This document shows positions 36,076 to 45,873 of a stretch of 64,000 nt of DNA, in pieces; position 1 is the first letter of the stretch; every line of letters starts with the position of its first letter. Below the pieces are notes generated by a model that saw only the letters and a list, made by a program, of their open reading frames with translations, was not told where the DNA came from and did no database searches. The DNA is taken from contig BQFW01000010.1 in assembly GCA_020891255.1 (NCBI GenBank), positions 868,001 to 932,000 on the forward strand. Direction: 5' to 3'. Source of the DNA: Entomortierella parvispora E1425 (Eukaryota > Fungi > Mortierellomycota). The translations under genes were made by a program, and so were the position numbers.

Positions 36076-37756
36076 TCAAGTCTTCGCTTCTGGCTTGACC
36101 TCCTTCACCTCTTTGAACTCATTCTTGTACATGGCGCTCTCATCCACTTCTTCATCACGGATCTCAACGTTATCGATGATATCGGGATTCAAAGCGAAGG
36201 CGCCCTTGGGAATGAAAGTAGCACATAACAGGACCACGCAGACGACACTGTACATTGTGCCTCCAACGTAGACCAAGGCTGGGCGGATATCACCCTTTGC
36301 GTTAGCAGCATCCAAGACTCGTCCGAGGAGGTAGCCCAAGACAGCGTAAAGGATGATGTAGAGCGAGTAAAGGAATGCCATGACAGCGCCCAGGGGCGAG
36401 ACCTTGTCATCCGGTCGCTCGATCGCGGCCAAAGCAGACTGAATATAGGCAGCCAAAGAAACGTCACCGGCAGCCCAACCAAAGGAGACGGGAATCCAGA
36501 TGGCGGCCAGGGTCCAGGCGTACTGAAGAGACTTAGTAGCCTCGGGGTAAGAGTAAGGCAAGATCCAAACCAACAAGAGACCCAAAGCGTCAAGACGCAA
36601 CCATGGGAGAGGGGTTTTGATCTTGTTGGCAAAAAACAGCACAAACAAGGCACCAAGCAATTCACCAAAGTTGGAGCCTCCGACCATGATCTGAGAGTAA
36701 GCACCCTCCTTGAGGACACGCTTGGCGAAAGCGGGAGACAGAGCTGACTCGAGGTAACGATGGGTGAACAGCTAAACCACATGGAGGGGAACCAGGAGTT
36801 AGATATATATATACTTATATAGGCTTCTTTCCAGTTAAGATCTTACTGGGATAGAGTAACCGGGGATCAACCAAATGAACTTGCGAGAAGAGAAGATGAT
36901 CTGGGCGCCACGGTACATGGACAAACCAAAGTGTGAGAATCCGTGCCCGATTTGGGCCAACATAGGAGTCTCATCCAATGTCTCCAGGGCCAACTTGTTA
37001 TCGTGGTCAGAACCAACCAAGCCGATAAAGGACCAGGCAATGGCGGCAAATACGAACAAGAAGGGAGACATGGAGGGAGCCAAGGCATTACCAAGGTTCA
37101 ATACCAAGAATGTTGCAAAAAAGGCACCGGCGGTACCAGCAATCTCATAAAAGACGTGGACGACGGCATCCATACGCTTCAACTTGATGACATCCCCTCC
37201 AACAATATCACGGGGGATTACACGACGAATTAACTCCACCATGCCGTGGCAAATACCAATGATGCTGTAGATGGGGAAGAGAATCAAAGAGTTCCAGTGA
37301 CCGTAGCGCTGCTTGTTGGCTTCGGGGATCTTTCCTCCAGTTGAAACGTCAACAATGATAATGATGGCAGAGAGGAGACCAAACATGGCGATGGAAGCAG
37401 CTAAGACGGAGCGGGTAGGGAAACGCTTGATCAAAGGAGCGATGGCAATAGAGCCAACACACTGGAAGGCCTGGTTCAAACCCTGGAGAATAGCCAAGTT
37501 GGAAAACGCAGTAGCCTCATTGAAACGATCTGTAGCCAGCAAGGTAATGGAACCAGTGAAAGCTTCCTGTTAAGGATATAGCAGTGATGGTCAGAGACAA
37601 CCTCGGGGTTAATGTATTCTAACAGAATTCTCGATACATTAGGGTAAGGAAGGAATCGGATCTTACCAGACCAAACTTATACAACATGATACCGACCATG
37701 TAGATGATCAGGTTGCGACGCTCGAGAGCGGTAAAGTCCGCAAAGGGGTTGGCCAT
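36076..37756 (-). CDS. MFS-type transporter of an uncharacterised fungal family; exons 37756-37667, 37566-36847, 36771-36076
   Basis: In-frame splices give MLYKFGL|EAFTGSITLLA and GYSIP|LFTHRYLES. About 12 hydrophobic segments and biased codon usage. Confidence 0.85.
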
Positions 37757-39029
37757 TGTAAGGAAGTGTCCACCAAAAAGAGGCGCAGAGAGGAACGAGG
37801 GAAGGAGAACGAGTTGCGAACGACTGAAGAACTCCTAGAAAAGAGATAAAAGGGGGGGAATGAGCATCACCTTTTTATATGAAGTGAGGGCATGTGAGGG
37901 AGGTTGCCATCTTGCCTAGTCAGTTTTGCTGTGTCTTTACCGGGGAAAGACAGTGATTTGTACAGGTTACACACCCCATCGCACCTGCGTTTCCAAAGTG
38001 CGAGCCCAATGCCATCGTTCGCTAACAAACAACGCAACGATGGATTGACGTCTCGATCGGCCACACTTCACGAAGCTATACCCTCATTCGCTGGAGTTGC
38101 AGCAAGGATGGGCACGTTTTGAGGCCTTTTTTCTTGATGAACTTGCAGCCCCCGATTCTTTGCAGCTGCGTTTGGGCCATGCCAATATGAAGGCGCGCCA
38201 CTCACGAGGTTTGCGACAGGGTCGGATGCAAAAAGCCCCAAAAGAGCACTTCTCAGAATTCCGTCGATTAAAAAAAAGGGCGTCACCAAAAAGAAATCTC
38301 TTGCTTCTTTTTCCTCGTTCAACCCTCAAATCCCTCATGGGATAGAACATCGAGAGTGCTCTTCGCACTCACACATCCTCCACCCCCTAGCTCAACGTTG
38401 GGCGAAATGCGGCCAGGCCCCAGCCAATCCAATCTAGCGCCACTGCCTCTGATGCCAATCAGTGTATGCATTCTTTTCCTTTTCGTGCCAGATCATTGAA
38501 AAATGGACCCATGGTCACTCCAATCATTATAAGTATCAAGAGTCTCTCATCCTCCAATGGCATTCTCCACGTTCATTGACAACTCCTGTTTGACTGGGAG
38601 CTGGTTCTCTGTTTTCATTTTGGCAATGCACTTGTGAGGACAACCAAGAAGGATCTGATCGGAAACCAGCAAACGCTGTCCTCGTCTTTCCTGACCTAAC
38701 CGTCACCGTCGTTTCTCTTCCTCCCACTCGCCATATTTTGGAATCGCAAATGGACATGCCCCACAACTCGGTGCACGTAACTGGCAGGGAATGAAGCCGT
38801 TTTTACTTGACAAGGGGTGTCTTTTTTTGTATGTGTGTGATTCAAAGTTTATTATTATAGTACAATGGGCATGGTGTTTACCGCGTAAGGCAAGGTGGAT
38901 AGAATCCGATAGATGCAAAATATGAAGGTTGGAAGGCAATGGCTTGATTGACTAATCAGAGCTAGGCCTCGTCATTTAAAGCTGAGAGTCCCTCTTCTTT
39001 TCGAGCCGGGTTTGTTCGGGCCCGTACTC

Positions 39030-39270
39030 TTCCACCCTCTCCATCGTGGAGGTTGGCTACGCTAAAGTCACACTCCATCAGGGGACGAGATTAGTCTTGT
39101 AGTAGATCTTGTAGGCACCCCACATCAGCAGGAAGAAGGACAATCCAATGTAACAGGCAACCAGGTTGACTTGACGGCCTTGGGGTCAGGCTTGTAAACT
39201 CAGGGTACCCTTGGATCGACCGATTCCGTTTCTGCCACGAGAAGGAAGCGAAACAGAAGAGGCTGTTTTG
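39030..39270 (-). pseudogene. Relic of an amino-acid permease (APC/YAT family) C-terminus
   Basis: Frameshifted pieces IQGYPEFT / NLVACYIGLSFFLLMWGAYKIYYKTNLVP / (L)MECDF match the last TM and the VPLxExDF tail of yeast-type amino-acid permeases. Confidence 0.6.
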
Positions 39271-39747
39271 TTTCATTTCCCCGTCCGCTGCGGGTCTCCG
39301 ACTTTCAGAGGCAGGCAAGGCGGGAAACCACCGTCTTGACTTCCCCTGAAAGTTTCATCTGCGTCGATCGACCTTCGAGGAAGAAGATGGGATAAAAGTG
39401 TGGTCTGTGCATTTCACTCTGTCAAGAAGTCGGATCTCGGTCAGATCTGCGTCTTTGATCGATCCACGTCCCCTGGAACCTGGAGGTATTCTTGTCGGAT
39501 GAAACAAAATGGCGGCATTGGGTAAGCAACAAAGACGTCCATGGCACTGTAGACGGAAGGGGCTGGTTCCACTCAACTATAGATGGTGCGCGTGCGTTGA
39601 GGTGCAAGGACAGATCAGAACCAGCAGACAGCTTCGATGATCAAATTGGTGGCACAGTTGGATGCACCCCTTAAGAAAGCCTCTCTTCATTTCATTCGGC
39701 ATGCATGTTCATCCAATTAACCATCCACGAACAAGACCACCTGCACC

Positions 39748-41181
39748 ATGTCGTCGCCCACAGCCGGACTCGGGCGGAAAAAGGACAGTGGGATGAACTT
39801 GGACAGGAATAGCAACAGTGAAGGAGATTCTTCTCCGTCATTGTCTGCTCAAGCATCTAGGACAGCCTCGACAAGCCTGTCATCGCTTGCAACCATGCGC
39901 GCCTCCCAGAGTTCTCCCACAACTAACACCGGCACCGGCACTAGTGCGCCCTCTCCGTCGCAACGGCCATCCCTCACATCACTGGCCTCTAATACTGGAT
40001 CGTTATCATCGCGACCTGGTCTTTCATCATTCGGAGCAAGCTCGAAAGGTATCTCCGGAGGATTGGGCTCCAGACCGTCTTTGACAGCACTGGCGAGGAG
40101 CGCTAGTCCAGCGCATGGAGCCCAGTCAACAGCATCAGGTGCTACACCATCACGACCACCGCTAAGTCAGCTTTTGGCGAATAGGTCTTCTACAGGTGCA
40201 GTAGGAACGATGCCGTCGACAAGCGCTGCACTTCCTCCACGACGGTCGCTTGTTGGTTTGGCAAAAGTGGGGTCCGGATCAGATCCAAATTCGAAAATAT
40301 CTCCTAATGTGCCATCATCGACTGTGGCTTCAACTGCAAACAAATCAGAACCACAATCAGGCACAGCAGAGCCAAAGTCTTCCCCTACGGTTGGATTAGC
40401 AGTGCGTTCCGGACCGTCGCTATCAGGACCTTCGGTTTTGTCTGGATTAGGAGGACTGTCCGGTCTTGCTCGAAACAGTGGGTTAGGTAGCAATGGAGGA
40501 GGCGGTCTTAGAGGGGGTCTAGGAGGTGGTATCCAGGTACAATCAAGCTTGAGTGGTACATTGGGATCTCCAAGTTCACCTTCTTTATCCGGATTAGCCT
40601 CGAGATCATTACAGTCGCGCGCCTCGCCTTCCTTGGCAGGACTCTCCAAACGGACAGAGTCTAGTTCGATTGCCACGTATACCCAGGATCGAACAACAGA
40701 CCCCCAGCAGGCGCAATTGGAAGACAAGAGTGTGGCTCAAGAGGAGCGAGATTTTTCATCACCCTCCCATTCAGACTTTAAGGACGACTCGGCTGCATAC
40801 GGACAGGAGTCCAACGAAGCGTTTGCGACTATGGCAGAGCAATTTGCGGCGACTTCTCCGTTTTCAACCCTGATCGCAAAACCATCACATTTTGCCATCT
40901 CAATTTTTGAGCGCCTAGACCCTGTTCCAGTACCACTAGCCGTAGAAACTGCAGCCAGAGTTGCCTCCTTCGAACCCTCATCCCTGTCGCGTGATTCAGA
41001 CACAGCGGAAATAGCTGCTGCTAATAAGATTGCCACTGGAGTGTCAAAGTCAGCTCGGACTGCAGAGGCTGAGGCCTGTGTTCGCGCCAAGGCATTCCAA
41101 TTCGATCAACCTAGTCCGGACGATATTGTATTTAAAGCACAAGGGTCTCGCGCAACTGTTATCGGGATCGGAAATCGATAG
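39748..41181 (+). CDS. Ski7/HBS1L-v3-like SKI-exosome adaptor without a GTPase domain
   Basis: S/G-rich disordered body. C-terminal KPSHFAISI and FQFDQPSPDDIVFKAQ resemble the RxxxFxxxL and PFDFxxPSPDDIV motifs of HBS1Lv3/Ski7. AATAAA follows the stop. Confidence 0.7.
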   Translation: MSSPTAGLGRKKDSGMNLDRNSNSEGDSSPSLSAQASRTASTSLSSLATMRASQSSPTTNTGTGTSAPSPSQRPSLTSLASNTGSLSSRPGLSSFGASSKGISGGLGSRPSLTALARSASPAHGAQSTASGATPSRPPLSQLLANRSSTGAVGTMPSTSAALPPRRSLVGLAKVGSGSDPNSKISPNVPSSTVASTANKSEPQSGTAEPKSSPTVGLAVRSGPSLSGPSVLSGLGGLSGLARNSGLGSNGGGGLRGGLGGGIQVQSSLSGTLGSPSSPSLSGLASRSLQSRASPSLAGLSKRTESSSIATYTQDRTTDPQQAQLEDKSVAQEERDFSSPSHSDFKDDSAAYGQESNEAFATMAEQFAATSPFSTLIAKPSHFAISIFERLDPVPVPLAVETAARVASFEPSSLSRDSDTAEIAAANKIATGVSKSARTAEAEACVRAKAFQFDQPSPDDIVFKAQGSRATVIGIGNR

Positions 41182-41435
41182 GTGCATCCGTCTTTAGCTT
41201 GTAAAATTGTAAAATAAACCCCTCCATCTCATCTCCTCTTTACCGGAGACGTGATTCCAGCCTCTTTTCACGGGAATTTTATCTAAAAATGATTTTTCCT
41301 GAGCTCTCCTATAGCTTGAACAGTAATCATCATGCCTGTCAACAATTTTTTTTGTCTCTGGCGATTCACGACATTCTTTACACATTGTCTACTCCCCCTC
41401 AAGGCCGGTCGGGGTTGTGAGTTGATGGTCAAATT

Positions 41436-42416
41436 GCGCGTTGCACTCTCAGCCGATGCATCGTCTTCGACGCGGGGCTGGCTGTCCGTATCATTATCCA
41501 GTGGATTAGGTATACAAATTCTCAAAGCCACAATCATAAGGTAGCATGTAGGTGGTTGATTACAGGGGTTCAACAGCATTGGTTCCTATTTGGACACAGT
41601 GTCGGCCTGGTCAATTTATTGGCTTGTATTTATCAATCGTACGAAGGAAACGAAGATGTAAACGATCTATTTGCTCGCTTTTTAGATGCAGCAATCAGGG
41701 CGGAATTGGGTTCCAGGGCCGGCGGCACCGCAGGGGCACTTGGGGTACACAGCCTCGACCTCGGCGACAGGGGCAGAGGGGGCAGCGTGGGCAACAATAG
41801 CCACGAGAGCAAGGAGGGCGACGGTGTAGAACTTCATGTTGGATTGGGTGGTTGGAGTGGTTTGGTTGGTTTGGGATGAGGTGCAGGTTGAACGTCAATC
41901 CAACGGTATTTATACCTTTCAAAGACTGTTGTCAAATTCTTTCCAGAAAAAAAAAAAAAAAGCTCTGGTGTCAACCACAAGTTGCCTCCGAGATGTCGGC
42001 TTTGGCATGATTGATAGGATTTACTTGTTATGACTTTTGCGGAATGAGCATTTTTGCAACGGAAGTGACATCCGTTGGCGACATCTGATCGAGCAGTTGT
42101 CGTCTGGATCTCTGTGCCGCGCCCTACACCGTGGGACTTCCCCGTGGGACTTCCCCATGAGTCTTGTGTGTTGACTGGAGATGCATTCAGTTCTCTCACA
42201 CCATTCGCGCCGGAAGAACGACCGGTTCACCTCCAGTCTCTCGCTCTCGCCCCCGAAAGGCAAAAAATATGCAACAGTATTTTTTCGTGTTGTGTAACGC
42301 GTGCAGGACCAGAGAGCGGACATAGAGCCAGTGAGCAACTCTTCCCCTCAATGGGCTTTTTGTTTTTCAGAGAACAAAGAGGGCACGAAGACACGACAAG
42401 TACACAGTATCTATTT
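41436..42416 (-). repeat. Left arm of a ~980-bp inverted duplication (partner 44327-45313)
   Basis: The reverse complement aligns by eye with 44327-45313. It is nearly identical in the core and more diverged at both ends. Confidence 0.95.
41682..41837 (-). CDS. Small secreted Cys-rich prepropeptide, copy A (51 aa): MKFYTVALLALVAIVAHAAPSAPVAEVEAVYPKCPCGAAGPGTQFRPDCCI
   Basis: Signal-peptide-like N-terminus, CAACATG context, TATA box (TATAAATA at 41914-41907) and strongly C-ending codons. It is below the ORF-track size cut-off. Confidence 0.88.
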   Translation of the reverse strand: MKFYTVALLALVAIVAHAAPSAPVAEVEAVYPKCPCGAAGPGTQFRPDCCI

Positions 42417-43821
42417 AGCTGTGGCACTCAACAGGCTTCCACTTGAATCGACCTACATTTTTTTTATATTTTGTGCTCGAATCCTGGGAGTGTCTATTTG
42501 TTGTCTGGCCTGATAGCCCTTGACTCGCTATACCCCATATCGGTGGATGTGGTCTGCAGGTTCATTCTTGGCCGTTGCATTTTAGTCCGCAGACACAATT
42601 GCAAATTTTTTCGTTTTGTATACCTCTTTCCCACGGACACAGTGCGTTTGTTCATTGAGGCACAGGACAAACACCCAGACAGACCTCCTTTGATATGAGA
42701 GCCGTATGAGAGGGCTAAGTGATGGACATAGGGGAGAGACTCGCTCACAGCAACGGGAAGGTGGAAGCTAGGTTCATGTATCCGACGATAAACATGATTT
42801 CCATTGTTTTTCTGAGAACAATAGAAAAGTTCAGCTGACCCCCTTTTTTTTTGTGTGTGGTAGTAAAAGTTCAAAGGTTTTTCGAAAGTGCTCGTGTTCT
42901 TGAAGGATCGGGAGAAGGGGAGCAATTGTTGCATATGGATGAGCGGTGAACAAGCAAGAAAATCCAGTTTTTTTATAATATGCGTCCTCCTTTCTTGTGT
43001 GCCCAAGAAAATCACTTTCTTGATTCTTTGAGTTGATTGGCCTTTCTTTCGTTTTTGTGTAACGATTCTCGCTGGAAAGCTGATTTCCAGAGAGAATCAA
43101 AAAGTGATTCTCTTGGGCACAAAAGAAAGGAGGGCGGTTAATGATTCCAGTCAGCCGTTTCCTACAGTGCTGCCATCGCACCATCAATGGGCGAACTTTG
43201 GAGAAGGCTCAAGAGCAAATTTCAAGAGCAAAGATCAGGGGTAAATGCAGGGGTAAAGTCAGTCTAGCAGAGACCTGGCTTAGTGGCGAAGACAACACAC
43301 GGATTACTTGTGAAGCACACCAGCAAGGTGCAAGTCTATTGGACAGGCCAACAAATAAACACGTCCCCTCTGCGATTTTCGAAGGCGAGATAGACTAGAG
43401 TCTGGAGCATGACCAGGGCGCGGTGCGGAAATCCAGACGACCATTAAGGTATTGGCCGACAAATAATGAGAAGGGTCCATCTGTCGTCTTTAGTCTGACA
43501 GCCCTCCATGCTTGCCGTCCGATGTTCTCTTGTTTGTCGCTTGAAGCTCTCGTATTTGTGTTCAGAATTTCTGCACCGCGCCCTTGGTCATGGTCGCAAA
43601 ATCATTTTGTCCAACTGGTCATTTTTGGATGTTTAGAGTTGAAATCTCCCATGCAATAACTTTAATCCAATTTTTGGGTAAGGCCAAGGGTTCAGCTGCA
43701 CTTGCAGCAGCATTTAAACCAATCAAGATCAATGGACGGACTGCGATCACAAGCTTGGAGTCTATGCCGGGCTACAAATAAGAGCAGTTTCACGGTCAAC
43801 ACGCAGGGGAAAGAGGTTTGG

Positions 43822-43893
43822 CGGAATAGAAAGAATATTGTGAGCACAGATGGGGAACTCGGAATAGAAAGAATATTGTGAGCACAGATGGGG
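43822..43893. repeat. Two-copy tandem repeat, period 38 bp
   Basis: CGGAATAGAAAGAATATTGTGAGCACAGATGGG starts at 43822 and again at 43860. Confidence 0.9.
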
Positions 43894-44326
43894 AGCTAGC
43901 TAGGGCACGGCGGGGTTTACACTACGAGATGGATGGGTCCCGCACTGGTTTTGAACGTGGACAAAAAGTCAGAGGAGAACCTGATAGATCCTGATGTGGC
44001 TATTACAAGGGTCTAGTGGCGAGATGAACCTAAGGGTGAGTGTAGGGATTACGTTATCGATAGAAGAACGACATAATGGCTAGGGCAACAGCGTTTGGAA
44101 TGGCAGGGATCCGCAGGGACAGAAATCGATCTATGCCCCTTCGTCAACCTTCCTTCCCTCCTTTTTCTTCTCTTCTTCTTCACTCCTTCTCTGCGGACAG
44201 AAGACGGTCAGGATTTGAGGCGTCATTCCTATGAGCTCGAGTGCAGATACTGGGAAAAGACTAGCGACGCGTACAAAAGGTCGCTGTAGGTTCAGGTTAA
44301 GCACCAAAAAAAAGGGTGTGCATGAC

Positions 44327-45313
44327 AAATAGATAATGTACTTACCGTGTCCTGGTGTCCGCTTTGTTCCCTTAAAAACAAAAAGCCCAATGAGGGAAAG
44401 AGTTGCTCAACTCTCTTTCTGGCTCTCTGTCCGCTCTCTGGCCCTGAACGCGCGTTACACAACACGAGAAAATACTGTTGCATATTTTTTTCCTTTCGGG
44501 GGGGAGAGCGAGAAACTGGAGGTGAACCGGTCGTTCTTCCGGCGCGAATGGTGTGAGAGAACTGAATGCATCTCCAGTCAACACACAAGACTCATGGGGA
44601 AGTCCCACGGGGAAGTCCCACGGTGTAGGGCGCGGCACAGAGATCCAGACGACAACTGCTCGATCAGATGTCGCCAACGGATGTCACTTCCGTTGCAAAA
44701 ATGCTCATTCCGCAAAAGTCATAACAAGTAAATCCTATCAATCATGCCAAAGCCGACATCTCGGAGGCAACTTGTGGTTGACACCAGAGCTTTTTTTTTT
44801 TTTTTTCTGGAAAGAATTTGACAACAGTCTTTGAAAGGTATAAATACCGTTGGATTGACGTTCAACCTGCACCTCATCCCAAACCAACCAAACCACTCCA
44901 ACCACCCAATCCAACATGAAGTTCTACACCGTCGCCCTCCTTGCTCTCGTGGCTATTGTTGCCCACGCTGCCCCCTCTGCCCCTGTCGCCGAGGTCGAGG
45001 CTGTGTACCCCAAGTGCCCCTGCGGTGCCGCCGGCCCTGGAACCAAATTTCGCCCTGATTGCTGCATCTAAAAAGCGAGCAAATAGATCGTTTACATCTT
45101 CATTTCCTACGAGCGATTGATAAATACAAGCCAATAAATTGGCCAGGCAGACATTGTGTCCAAATAGGAACCAATGCTGTTGAACCCCTCTAATCAACCA
45201 CCTACATGCTACCTTATGATCGTGGCTTTGTTTGTATACCTAATCCACTGGATAATGATACGGACAGCCAGCCTCGCGTCGAAGAAGCTGCACCGGTTGA
45301 GGCTGCAACGCGC
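44327..45313 (+). repeat. Right arm of the inverted duplication
   Basis: Matches the reverse complement of 41436-42416. Confidence 0.95.
44916..45071 (+). CDS. Small secreted Cys-rich prepropeptide, copy B (51 aa; K44 instead of Q44)
   Basis: Identical to copy A except 2 nt (CAA>AAA, TTC>TTT). TATAAATA at 44839-44846. Confidence 0.88.
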   Translation: MKFYTVALLALVAIVAHAAPSAPVAEVEAVYPKCPCGAAGPGTKFRPDCCI

Positions 45314-45873
45314 CGTCGGAAGGAGTGCAGTCAGATGATGATGCAGTCATGGAAATTGGCAACGAGATTTCTGGAGATACAGATCCAGAACGCGACCCAT
45401 TAAGGAATGTGCAGAATGTGTGATCCAAGAGTTATCTGTACGGCTTGGGGAGCTAGCTGCGCTCCACGGCAGTTTGTTGCAAAAAAGATGACCGATAAGT
45501 GCGTTCTGGGCAGGGCAATCTTTAGTGCAGTGCCGCTGTTTCTACTCTTTTTTGCTTCATCGTCATCGTAGTTATTTGTCCTTTGATATTGCCCCTTGCT
45601 CTGCGAGCGACCGTGAATGATCCTCCATGACGGGACGCATGGGGAGGTAGATTCTAAGAAAGGGGTTTGTAGATAAGGAAAAAGAAGAGGAAGAAGAAAA
45701 GAAGAGGAAATGAAAGACCAGGAACACAGATCGCTTCCAGGGGCGAAACAAAAAAAAAAGTTCGTTTTTGGTGGTGTGAACTTCCCCAGCTACTCCGACC
45801 CATCCCCATGTGAGCACGGTCTTTGACGCGCCAATATTGCGCGTCCCTTCCGCTGGCGCTTGAACGGAGTTTA

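Noticed and set aside
43822-43893. 38-bp-period direct repeat as a mini-CRISPR
   Set aside because: Only two adjacent copies, no spacer, no cas genes, and a eukaryotic context.
41436-45313. The inverted repeat as long TIRs of a foldback/Mutator transposon
   Set aside because: No TSD, no transposase remnant recognised in the spacer, and the outer ends are the least conserved part.
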